Positions 10,399 to 19,523 of a DNA stretch of 64,000 nucleotides are shown in pieces. Location of the stretch: positions 224,001-288,000 of the forward strand of contig CAVXWP010000003.1 in NCBI GenBank assembly GCA_963765495.1, given 5' to 3'. Source of the DNA: Blastocatellia bacterium. GTDB taxonomy: Bacteria; Acidobacteriota; Blastocatellia; UBA7656. The translations under genes were made by a program, and so were the position numbers. Numbering within the stretch: the stretch's first letter is position 1; every line of letters starts with the position of its first letter. Below the pieces are notes generated by a model. The model was not told where the DNA came from and did no database searches. It worked only from the letters and a program-made list of their open reading frames with translations.

Positions 10399-13300
10399 AT
10401 GGTTGCCAACAAAGATCAATCCCTTGACCTGCTCTCGGAGCGTGACCGCAGCACAGGCGTAGCGCGCTCCGGAATGGATTCAGGTGTTGAGGCCGCTCAA
10501 TCGCTATTTGCCCCCACGGCAGAACGCGAGGGACTGATGCCCCCGGCCAACGGGGCTCCATCGGCTTCGCGGGCAGCGAATCTGATGACCGCCTCGGCGG
10601 CCATGCCTGACGTAGTCGCCCGGGCTCAGATGAGCATCGCGCTCCAGCGCAATATCGGCAACGCGCGCATGAATGCGATGTTTCATTCGATTGCAGAGCC
10701 AAAGGCTCCGCCGCCTGCCCCACCGACAATCATTCCACCCGCGCCCGAACCAAACAAACCCGCGCCTTCACCCGTCGCAGCGCAGCCGGTCAGCCCCACC
10801 CGACCCGCGCCCGCACCCGCGCCTGCGCCCGTCGGTCCCGCGCCTGCCGCACAGACGCCGACTCCGTCCCCGGCTCTTCTACCCCCCGTCAACATCGCTC
10901 CTGTTCTGCCGTCGGGCAAATCACAGGAGACAGCCGCGCCAGCCGAAAAGGTCGCAACCGAAAAGGTCGCTACTGAAAAGGTCGCAACAGGGAAGGCCGC
11001 ACCCGGAGCCGTTGCGATTGGACAACCATCCGCGCCTGATTCAGAAGAATCAGCCGGGGCCGCCGCAGGCGCGCCGCCTGCAAAGAAGGACTCGACGGCG
11101 CGTGTTGCGGGGCCGGGCGCAAAGGGTGAAGCGGGCAAAGCAAAGTCTGCTTCCCCCGATGCCGAGGGCGAAGCGGACGCGAAAAAGGGTGGCGGAAAGG
11201 GCGCAGGCGCGGTCAAACTCAAGATGCCCGAACCACCCTCAGACGTTACGCCCGCCACTCGTCAGCGCATACGAAAAGTGCAGACGGCTGCCGGCAGCGC
11301 GGCTACCTCGCACGCAACACTGCCACCTGCCGGGGAGGAAGTCGCTCAGGCACGCGCTGCCGTGACAGAGCCGACAGAAGAGACTCACGCGCACGCGGAA
11401 GAAAATCTGGTAGTCGCGCTGGGGCAGAGACCGAAACCGAGCCCGAAGATTGAGAAGCTCTGCGAGAACATATACAGGGTCATCAAATCCAAGCGCCCGC
11501 CTGATGAAGACTCGCTGGTTGATGCCGATCCGGAAGAGATGGGCAAGGCCGCTGGCGGCCTCATGAAGGGAGATGTGCAGGGCGATGTGAAGAGCGTAGA
11601 TCAAAGTTATGACGCGCTCGACAAGCCGCCCTCAGGAACGCCGCAACAGGTGGGTAAGCCTCTTGAGTCTCCACCCGCCGACGTGTCCACTGCCCCCATC
11701 AATGCCACACAGGCGACGCCCGACAAAGTGCCCGCCAAGAACGTCTCGCTTGACGCCGACGCCGAGGCTACAAAGGCGCGTATGGCCGAGGCGGGAATGG
11801 AGAAGGAACCGGCAAAACTCGCGCAGACCGGGCCAGTCGCCGAAGCCCGCGAGGCGCAGGGCGAGCTTGAGCAGACCGCAAAGGAAGACCCGGCCAAAGT
11901 TCTGGCCTCACAGCAAGCATCGCTGGCCAAGGCCAACTCCGATATGGCGGGCCTCCAGCAGAAGGCCCTTAACGCGCTTTCCACTTCGCGCCACGCCACG
12001 GTGACCGGCACGACCGATCAGCAGAAAAAGATGGTCGGATCAGAAGCGCAGATGCGCACCGATGCGAGCAAACTGGCGCGTGACATCTTCACCAGCGCTC
12101 AGACCCGCGTCAATGACCTTCTGCGACCGCTGCCCCAGACCGCGATGGAGAAATGGGACAAGGGCATCGCCATAGCCAGCCACATGTTCAAAGAACATCT
12201 GAAGCAGGTCGCCGACTGGATTAAAGAAAGGCACTCCGGCGTAGGCGGCACCCTGCTCAGCATAGGCGACTATTTCACCGGCCTGCCCGCCTGGGTTACC
12301 AGACACTATGATCAGGCCGAGCAGAAATTCGGCGATGATGTTTGCAATCTGGCGCGAGAGATCTCTACCGAAGTCAACGGCGTCATCATGGCTTGCGAAG
12401 CCATCATCGCGGACGCGAGGACACAGATTGCCGGTATATTCTCTCGCCTGCCCGACAGCCTTCAAGGGTGGGCCGCCACCGAGCAGGCAAAACTCGGTGC
12501 GCAACTCGACTCGCTCGAAAAGCACGCGCATCAGGTCCGCGACAACTTCGACCGCGATCTTGTCAAACGCGCCTCGCAATCCGTACAGGAAGTCCGCGAG
12601 CAGATAGGCGAGTTGCGGCAAAAAGCCAAAGGGCTGATCGGCAGGGTCGTAGATGCGATTGGCCGTTTCCTCGACGACCCCGTCAAGTTCATCATCGAAG
12701 CCCTGCTCGATCTGCTCAGCATCCCGCGCGCGGCTTTCTGGGCGGTCGTAGCAAAGATAAAGAAGGTCATCGGAGAGATAGCCGATGATCCGATGAAATT
12801 TGCAAACAACCTCATGGACGCGGTGGGCAAGGGGTTCAGCCAGTTCTTCGACAACATTCTCGATCACCTGCTGCACGGCTTTGTGGAGTGGTTGACTGGG
12901 GGGCTCGCCTCGGCGGGCGTCGAGCTTCCAAAGGATTTTTCGCTCAAGAGCGTAATCACCTTCTTCCTGCAATTGATGGGAATCACCTGGCCGCGCATCC
13001 GCAAGCTTCTGGCCAAGCATATCGGAGAGGAAAACGTCGCGCTGCTTGAGAAGGCGTACTCCATAGTCGCCAACCTGATAGCGATGGGGCCTGAGGGCAT
13101 CTTCGAGATGATAAAGGAGAAGCTCAACCCGCAGGAGATTCTGGATCAGATCATCAAGGCGGGCGTGGATTATCTGATAAAGGCTGTGGTCAAGGCCGTG
13201 AGCGCCCGCATAATCCTGCTCTTCAATCCGGTAGGCGCTATCCTTCAGGCGCTCGAAGCGATCTATCGCGTGCTCAAGTGGATATTCACAAACGCGGCGC

Positions 13301-14790
13301 GAATATTCCGGCTGATCGAAACCATTGTAAACGGGATTGCAGACATCCTCGCGGGCAACATAGGCGCTATGGCAAACGCGGTCGAAAAGGCGCTGGCAGG
13401 TCTGATTGCGCCCGTGATCGATTTTCTTGCCGACTACCTCGGATTCGGCGACCTGCCCGACAAGATACGAGACACGATCATGGGATTCCAGGCGTGGATC
13501 GAAGGGATACTCGATCAGGTGATAGGCTGGCTGGTCGAAAAGGGCAAGGCGCTACTGGCCGCCGTCGGGCTGGGCGGAGAAAGCGATGAGGACAAGCAGG
13601 GGGAATCGCCAAGCGCAAAGGTCGGCGAAAGGGTGCCGTTTACAGCAGACGGTGAAGGCCACAACTTGTGGATAGATGTCGAGGGCAATGATGCCATAGT
13701 GATGGTCGGCAGCAACGGCCCCTTGAGCGTAGGAAAGCGCCTCGCGATGTGGTCCAAGAAGACAGATGATCTCCCGAAGTCTGCTCAAGCGGGTGAGGAG
13801 AGTCCGCAGGCTAAGGCAAAGCGGTTAATCGGCGAGGCTGAGCCTCTGGCTTCCGTAACCGACAAGACTGCCGAGGACCTGGTCCGAGCCTCACAGAAAT
13901 CTGCCGGAGACGAGAAGACGTCACCGCCAAACGCCGGAGAGCAAGCCGAACTCTCCAAGGAAGAACATGCACTGGCTGACAAGCTTAGACAGTTATTCGA
14001 GGTTTTCGGTGAAGAGTGGGAACCTCTGGGCGAACGCTTCAAAAAAGAGTTTCAAAAGATGCACGAGCTTGCGTCTGAGTATAGTCTGGGTAAGCTTGAG
14101 GAAGCGGACCCTGCCTTGCGGAAGTCACAGACCTGGCAGCCCGTTAGAGCATGGCTACTTGCCAAGGGGCTGATCTTTACAGAACCGATGACACGGACCA
14201 CAAAATTTGTAAAAGAGGTAACGCAACCTAAAGCCGAGTCCGCCGCCGATTCGGCGATCAAGGATGCCGCCAATAAGTACGGATTTTCAGTAAAGGATGT
14301 GCCGCCTGCCGCGCGTAACAATATCGTGGATAACAGCCGGTCTGAGGTCAACGCCGGCAGCTCGCCATTCGATCTGGCAAAGGGGATTCTCCAGGAATTC
14401 GGCTTCTCTGAGCAAATCAGCCCGGTGCTGACTCTCAAGAACGCTTACTTGAATAGCTCTGCGCTTGCAAACGAACTGGGATTTGGAGAGATACAGTTGC
14501 ACCACTTGATAACAAACCAGATGGTAGCGGCGTTAGCGATTACGCAAGGTCAGATTCCCGGACAACAGCTTCGCGACAATACGAAGTACCAGTACAATTC
14601 AAGTCCGGGAGGCCATATCGGTTATGAACGCTGGCACAGACAATATGACTCGTATATGGTAGGCTTCATAACGCGATTCCCGTCCGGGACCTTGACCGTG
14701 GATAGGCTTATTTTGGAGATTCATAATTATTATCAAACTGATCACGGCGAAAACGTAACAAAGCGGATACCGGGCGTGAACATACTCTAA
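10399..14790 (+). CDS. eCIS cargo / polymorphic toxin: LQR.IGN leader motif, Pro/Ala-rich linker, long helical core, C-terminal His-rich nuclease-like tip
   Basis: ALQRNIGNARM motif typical of eCIS DUF4157-type cargo. Helical core FFLQLMGITWPRIR...LFNPVGAILQALEAIY. Tip QLHHLITNQ...GHIGYERWHRQYD. Lies directly after the ATPase. Confidence 0.75.
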   Translation: MVANKDQSLDLLSERDRSTGVARSGMDSGVEAAQSLFAPTAEREGLMPPANGAPSASRAANLMTASAAMPDVVARAQMSIALQRNIGNARMNAMFHSIAEPKAPPPAPPTIIPPAPEPNKPAPSPVAAQPVSPTRPAPAPAPAPVGPAPAAQTPTPSPALLPPVNIAPVLPSGKSQETAAPAEKVATEKVATEKVATGKAAPGAVAIGQPSAPDSEESAGAAAGAPPAKKDSTARVAGPGAKGEAGKAKSASPDAEGEADAKKGGGKGAGAVKLKMPEPPSDVTPATRQRIRKVQTAAGSAATSHATLPPAGEEVAQARAAVTEPTEETHAHAEENLVVALGQRPKPSPKIEKLCENIYRVIKSKRPPDEDSLVDADPEEMGKAAGGLMKGDVQGDVKSVDQSYDALDKPPSGTPQQVGKPLESPPADVSTAPINATQATPDKVPAKNVSLDADAEATKARMAEAGMEKEPAKLAQTGPVAEAREAQGELEQTAKEDPAKVLASQQASLAKANSDMAGLQQKALNALSTSRHATVTGTTDQQKKMVGSEAQMRTDASKLARDIFTSAQTRVNDLLRPLPQTAMEKWDKGIAIASHMFKEHLKQVADWIKERHSGVGGTLLSIGDYFTGLPAWVTRHYDQAEQKFGDDVCNLAREISTEVNGVIMACEAIIADARTQIAGIFSRLPDSLQGWAATEQAKLGAQLDSLEKHAHQVRDNFDRDLVKRASQSVQEVREQIGELRQKAKGLIGRVVDAIGRFLDDPVKFIIEALLDLLSIPRAAFWAVVAKIKKVIGEIADDPMKFANNLMDAVGKGFSQFFDNILDHLLHGFVEWLTGGLASAGVELPKDFSLKSVITFFLQLMGITWPRIRKLLAKHIGEENVALLEKAYSIVANLIAMGPEGIFEMIKEKLNPQEILDQIIKAGVDYLIKAVVKAVSARIILLFNPVGAILQALEAIYRVLKWIFTNAARIFRLIETIVNGIADILAGNIGAMANAVEKALAGLIAPVIDFLADYLGFGDLPDKIRDTIMGFQAWIEGILDQVIGWLVEKGKALLAAVGLGGESDEDKQGESPSAKVGERVPFTADGEGHNLWIDVEGNDAIVMVGSNGPLSVGKRLAMWSKKTDDLPKSAQAGEESPQAKAKRLIGEAEPLASVTDKTAEDLVRASQKSAGDEKTSPPNAGEQAELSKEEHALADKLRQLFEVFGEEWEPLGERFKKEFQKMHELASEYSLGKLEEADPALRKSQTWQPVRAWLLAKGLIFTEPMTRTTKFVKEVTQPKAESAADSAIKDAANKYGFSVKDVPPAARNNIVDNSRSEVNAGSSPFDLAKGILQEFGFSEQISPVLTLKNAYLNSSALANELGFGEIQLHHLITNQMVAALAITQGQIPGQQLRDNTKYQYNSSPGGHIGYERWHRQYDSYMVGFITRFPSGTLTVDRLILEIHNYYQTDHGENVTKRIPGVNIL
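10945..10989 (+). repeat. 3 x 15-bp tandem repeat GAAAAGGTCGC(A/T)AC(C/T/A) encoding EKVAT
   Basis: Read directly: gaaaaggtcgcaacc gaaaaggtcgctact gaaaaggtcgcaaca. Confidence 0.9.
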
Positions 14791-14805
14791 TGAAAGAAGG
14801 GAGTT

Positions 14806-15405
14806 ATGAAATTCTGGATACTCGAAGAACGAGACCGATTCATTCGGGAAGGTGATGACAGTTGTTACTATAGCATTATTGAACCGTTGAACCTCGCAGA
14901 TTGTCCAATAATCTGCCCCGTGTGCCAGGCCGTTTGCTGTCCACGCTATTGGCTACCGCCTCGAAGAATCGAATTCTCAAAGTCTGGGTGCGGCGATCTG
15001 ATTCTTGGAGTCGCCTTTGAGCTTGTAGTCTCGGAAGATTTTCGCGAGGTATACAAGACAAAGGGGTTGACCGGCATCTCGGATTTCGGTTCTGTGGAAG
15101 TGGCTGAAATCAGCCGCCCCGCCTACCTTGCAGCGCGGCCTAACGTCACATTTGCTCATCTGGATGAGGCAGCATCAGGAGTGATCTGGGAACAGGAGCC
15201 TGTCTGCAATCATTGCCGTCTTGGTGTCATTTCCAGGTTGGACAGCGTTGTTCTTGACGAGAGCACCTGGGATGGCAGCGACCTCTTTATGGCTACTGGC
15301 CTCTATGGCATCAAGCTAGCGACCGATAGATTTGTCGAGGTCGTGAAAGACGCAAATCTCACGAATTTTGTATTCGTTCCCGCATCTGAATATTCAATAC
15401 CATGA
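14806..15405 (+). CDS. Putative cognate immunity protein (double-CxxC, Imm11/DUF1629/SitI-like)
   Basis: 15 bp after the toxin stop. Motifs CPVCQ and CNHCR, WLPP, LVVSEDF...GLTG, TWDGSDLF and TDRFVEVV...LTNF resemble myxobacterial toxin immunity proteins. Confidence 0.65.
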   Translation: MKFWILEERDRFIREGDDSCYYSIIEPLNLADCPIICPVCQAVCCPRYWLPPRRIEFSKSGCGDLILGVAFELVVSEDFREVYKTKGLTGISDFGSVEVAEISRPAYLAARPNVTFAHLDEAASGVIWEQEPVCNHCRLGVISRLDSVVLDESTWDGSDLFMATGLYGIKLATDRFVEVVKDANLTNFVFVPASEYSIP

Positions 15406-15707
15406 AGAGCTATCTATCAGTGACTTTGTGGACCGACGCGGCCCGGACCCGGTATTTTCTGATTCCTGACGACAAAGAGTTTCCGTCGGGTGACTTCACC
15501 CTGCGCACGCTCACTGGTCGAAAGATGAAAATCGAAGAGGGCAGTCTCGCCGAGTTCGAACTGAGCGAAGAGGAGGCAAAAGAATGGCTCCGAGGCGAAT
15601 TCGGCAAGATGCTCGACGGAGCGCGGGCAGCCGTAGACCGATTTGTCAAAAAGCTGAGCGAGGGACCGTCCGACTCCGCCGAAGAACCGAAAACATCAGA
15701 TGACTGA
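15402..15707 (+). CDS. Hypothetical protein, last gene of the CIS operon
   Basis: ATGA overlap with the upstream gene; 101 aa with natural composition; no recognised motif. Confidence 0.65.
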   Translation: MKSYLSVTLWTDAARTRYFLIPDDKEFPSGDFTLRTLTGRKMKIEEGSLAEFELSEEEAKEWLRGEFGKMLDGARAAVDRFVKKLSEGPSDSAEEPKTSDD

Positions 15708-15740
15708 TCTGTCACCGGGCGACTGTCGCGTGATGAGTCT

Positions 15741-17075
15741 CTATTGAGGCAGATCGGTGCTTCGAAGGATTTTATATCTGTTCATTTTTCTGTAAAGCGT
15801 CATCCTCGACCAGTGGAGTTTGTCAGCGGCGCGAGTCTTATTCCAGTTTGTGGCGACAAGCGCGCGTATCATAAGCTCGCGCTCATCGGAACTGGCGCAG
15901 GTTATGTCCGACAGGTGTCGCTTGATATGTTCCGGGAGGTCTATAATATCAACTCTCCTGCCCCGAAGATTGACAAAGGTCGCCTCGACCACGTTCTTGA
16001 GTTCTCGAACGTTTCCCGGCCAGGTATGCGACAGAAGCAGGTCCATCGCTTCGTCTGTGAACCCTTCAACGCGCGTGCCGAATGATCCGTTCATCCGTTT
16101 GACATAATAGGCAAGCAAAATGGGGATATCCTCGATCCGCTCTCTCAGCGAGGGCAGATGCACGCGCACTACGTTGAGGCGATAGTACAGATCACGACGG
16201 AAGCGTTTCTCTTCGACTGCGGTATCGAGATCCTGATTGGTTGCGGCCAGTATTCGAACATTTAACGGCAATGGCTTATTACTGCCCAACCGATAAATTT
16301 CCTTGCCGTCGAGGGCGCGCAACAGCTTGGCCTGAACCGAAGCGCTGATATCGCCTATTTCATCAAAAAAGATGGTCCCGGAATTGGCGAGCGCCAGTTT
16401 GCCGCGATAGGCGAATTGGGCTCCGGTAAAGGCACCCTTTTCGTGCCCGAACAACTCGCTTTCCAGCAACGAATCCGGGATGGCTGTGCTGTTTAAACAG
16501 ACAAAAGGTTTGTTTGAGCGCGGGCTGTTTGCGTGAACCAGTTCGGCTACGAGTTCCTTTCCCGTGCCGGTCTCGCCCGTGATCAGGACGTTGCTTGTCC
16601 ATTTACTCAATCGCTTGATAAGAGAGCGCAGGGCATTAAGAGCCGGGCTGTTTCCGATCAGTCTTTCACCGCCCGCCAGCGCGCAGCCCTCATTGGCTTG
16701 TTTGCATCGTTGATCATCGGTTGATAGCAGTTCAGCAAGAGCGGCCAGAATCTCTTGTTGCGATAGCGAATCTTTCAGATACCGATTTACGCCTGTGTTG
16801 AGGGCCTCGATTGCCAGATCCTCGGAGCTTTCCGCCACTATCAGCATAACGCGCACTCTCTCTTTCAATCGGCGAAGTTTGCGGGCGAATTCAAGCGCAG
16901 GGCAGGCGCTGCCCTGCGGAACACCGATGATAACCGCTTCTGGACGCAGGGACGAGAAGATTTCCAATGCGTCGGTGTAATCGGGGGAGCAAAACAGATC
17001 AAATCCACACTGCGACATCATCTCTGTGATAACCGAGCGGACAGACCCAACGACCAAGATTCTGGAATCCAACAT
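15741..17075 (-). CDS. Sigma54-dependent transcriptional activator (NtrC/Fis family) with degenerate receiver domain
   Basis: GETGTGKE, ESELFGHEKGAFTGA, FFDEIGD, RRDLYYRLNV, WPGNVREL and C-terminal Fis HTH (NKTRAADKLHWSRMTLYRKM). Start moved to the ATG after CAGGAG. Confidence 0.9.
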   Translation of the reverse strand: MLDSRILVVGSVRSVITEMMSQCGFDLFCSPDYTDALEIFSSLRPEAVIIGVPQGSACPALEFARKLRRLKERVRVMLIVAESSEDLAIEALNTGVNRYLKDSLSQQEILAALAELLSTDDQRCKQANEGCALAGGERLIGNSPALNALRSLIKRLSKWTSNVLITGETGTGKELVAELVHANSPRSNKPFVCLNSTAIPDSLLESELFGHEKGAFTGAQFAYRGKLALANSGTIFFDEIGDISASVQAKLLRALDGKEIYRLGSNKPLPLNVRILAATNQDLDTAVEEKRFRRDLYYRLNVVRVHLPSLRERIEDIPILLAYYVKRMNGSFGTRVEGFTDEAMDLLLSHTWPGNVRELKNVVEATFVNLRGRRVDIIDLPEHIKRHLSDITCASSDERELMIRALVATNWNKTRAADKLHWSRMTLYRKMNRYKILRSTDLPQ

Positions 17076-17763
17076 GACATACTTCTCCTGTGCATATTCA
17101 GCGTCGTTTACGCCTGATGGCCTAAATCCAGGCAAATATCATCCCACTTGTTGAAAGTAATTCTTTTGACCTGTTTCATCTCTTTCACAGCCGATCTCAG
17201 GGCGGAATATTTGTGGTGAGGTCTATTTTACGCCGGGGTTACTTGCTTCCTGACACAATGCTGCTTCTGTTATTTCAGGTCTTGTTTTACTTGAGGTGTA
17301 GTCATAATGCCATTCACTTTAGTGGAGTTGGTCTAACACTGTGTGCCAATCAGCATTCAGATGGCCCGCATAATACATGGACGCAAAAGGATAATAAAAC
17401 ATTTCAAAATGATGCCGACTTATTCAGATCTGACGGTTGAAGAGATGATAGCGCTTTCGCAGGTCATAGTGTTATTGCGATTGCATTTAGCCGAAGGGAG
17501 GACCCGAATACATTTCCTTGTGGTTGTCCGAATCGCCCGCAACTACCAATGATGCGCTTCGCACACGGCGGGCGATGACTGTTATCGCGCAAACGAGGGT
17601 CTCGGGCAGAAACAGACCCTGTCTCCCTGATGGCGGACCAGGCAGTTCTTTCTACACGGCATCGAAGTCTATTATTGTGCCATTCACATCAGGTTTCCTG
17701 CCAAAGGTCATAAGTTATTTCTTCAGAAAAAGCGTCGAGACAAATCGCGTCCCGTGTGGCGAT

Positions 17764-19386
17764 TTAGCCGGGAGAATCATTTGTCGTAGAGAAGTCCGAT
17801 TTAATGCTGCGAAACCTGTTTTCGATCATTTGAGAATCGGGTGGATTGCCTTGACGATTAATAATGTCGAGCGCCTGCTGTCCGGTCGAACTCCAGTGCC
17901 TGGCTTCGTGCGGATAGCGTCTTGAGCTATCGTAAGCCTTGTCCGCCTCTGAATAATTACCGAGTAAGACGTGCGCTTCCGCCCTGGTCGCCTCAGACCA
18001 GTAACCGGGTTTCTCCAGACCCTCGCATATCCGTAGAACGTCGTTCGCCAGAGCACTATAGTCGCTTCCTCCAAGCGCAAAGCTCATATAGGCCGTGTTT
18101 ATTCCATTATAAAATTTCTGATCAGTATCGGACCTTGCTGTTGCAGATTCGTAAGCCGTCTTATACAGATCATAAACCTTCCATCCGAGCGAGACAGCGC
18201 TGCGACTCTTAAGCCACTGTCGCTTGAATCGCCCGGCAAGAATCCCCTGGGTTTCAGGATCATTTTGCACTTGAGGATCTAATTGCTTCAATCGAGCCAC
18301 CGCCCCGGCGATGTCGCCTGCGCCGGATAATGCGATTGCCAGTTGCTGGACCGCCTGCGCATCCGAAGCAAAGGGGCGCGATCCGTCATCGGGCATCTGA
18401 AACTCTACATATCGGGTAAGCAAAGCGACCGCCTGCTCGTATCGTTCGTTGTCAAGCAACGCGAGTCCCAGCACCTTATCCACAGGCGGCATGTGTAACT
18501 GGCTGCTCAGGCGCTCCTTTGCCAGATCAACAAGGATATCAACGTCCCCCAATTCTGCTGCTGCCTGCACGCGTTTCATTTCCCTGATCGCTTCATCGCT
18601 TTCCCCGTAAATCAGTCTTCGTTCGGATGCCGTGAGGCTGGGCCGAAGAAGGCGGTTCTTAAGAAGCTGGTAAGGCAAATCTCCGACAATCGCAGGCTTG
18701 ACCACTTCGGTATGATTACCCGGGGCAAGCTCGTGCTCGTCGAATGGAAAGGGATCGAGTGAGCTTTCCTGCGGCACAAACTCGTCTTTCATACCCGCAA
18801 CCAGGGTGAGTCGAAACCGGGCAATTCGGTTCGGGTCGGATCGCTTATCGTCTATCATTTGAGTCCATCCGCTCCGAAGTTTTTGGATAAAAGGCCCGTA
18901 GTCGTCCATATCCGCTATCTGGTTCTTCAGAAAACCGCCCCATCTCGCCTTCTTCAATCCGCCGCTTGGAGTTGCATAAAGAATTATTTCGGTGATACGG
19001 TCCAGGTAATCACGCGCATTATTTGCGATCTCTTCAAGTATAAAGGCTTGAATAACCAGCCCGCCCATACTGTGACCCACAAGAATAATTCTCTTATAGT
19101 CTCTGGCGTAGGTGTTTAGAAGAGTTCGCAGTCCCTTGCCAATAGTCTCTATGTTGGGATCGTTTTCCCAGAAATATTTCGTTATCGCGTATCTCAATTT
19201 AAGCTCGGATGGATAGCCCCAGAAGTAAAAGTCATAATTACCAAGCTTACCGTCGTGCGCTAACAGGGCATCGAAGCCCTTCCATGTGTCAACGGCCCCT
19301 CCGGTAAAGCCGTGGACAAAGATTACCACGGCTTCCTTCTCGGCAGAGTCGTGGTTTGTGACAAGGTGTGGGTTATCTATAGACAT
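17764..19386 (-). CDS. Alpha/beta-hydrolase (PGAP1/DUF676-like) fused to TPR-S / MAP3K TRAF-binding-like helical domain
   Basis: VIFVHGFTG, nucleophile GHSMGG, ATPSGG, DEFVP, NHTEVVKP. C-terminal DPETQGILAGRFKRQW...YNGINTAY...YWSEATRAEAHVLLG. RBS AAGGAG. Confidence 0.8.
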   Translation of the reverse strand: MSIDNPHLVTNHDSAEKEAVVIFVHGFTGGAVDTWKGFDALLAHDGKLGNYDFYFWGYPSELKLRYAITKYFWENDPNIETIGKGLRTLLNTYARDYKRIILVGHSMGGLVIQAFILEEIANNARDYLDRITEIILYATPSGGLKKARWGGFLKNQIADMDDYGPFIQKLRSGWTQMIDDKRSDPNRIARFRLTLVAGMKDEFVPQESSLDPFPFDEHELAPGNHTEVVKPAIVGDLPYQLLKNRLLRPSLTASERRLIYGESDEAIREMKRVQAAAELGDVDILVDLAKERLSSQLHMPPVDKVLGLALLDNERYEQAVALLTRYVEFQMPDDGSRPFASDAQAVQQLAIALSGAGDIAGAVARLKQLDPQVQNDPETQGILAGRFKRQWLKSRSAVSLGWKVYDLYKTAYESATARSDTDQKFYNGINTAYMSFALGGSDYSALANDVLRICEGLEKPGYWSEATRAEAHVLLGNYSEADKAYDSSRRYPHEARHWSSTGQQALDIINRQGNPPDSQMIENRFRSIKSDFSTTNDSPG

Positions 19387-19523
19387 AATATAATTCTCCT
19401 TTCAATCGGCCTGCTGACAGGCGGGCAAAGACGTTGCCTCTCTTATATAAACTCAATTCTCAGCTTCAACCATTTTGCTTTAACCATTTTGCCCGACCAC
19501 AAACACCTGTTGAGCAGGGGATG

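Noticed and set aside
3-14790. Prophage tail region
   Set aside because: No capsid, terminase, portal, integrase or lysis genes in the window; the Afp15-type ATPase and cargo gene point to eCIS.
17136-17763. Short ORFs (75, 69, 135 aa) or an ncRNA/riboswitch in the gap
   Set aside because: No RBS, motif or convincing structure; the TGGCAC hexamers on the minus strand lack a correctly spaced -12 GC.
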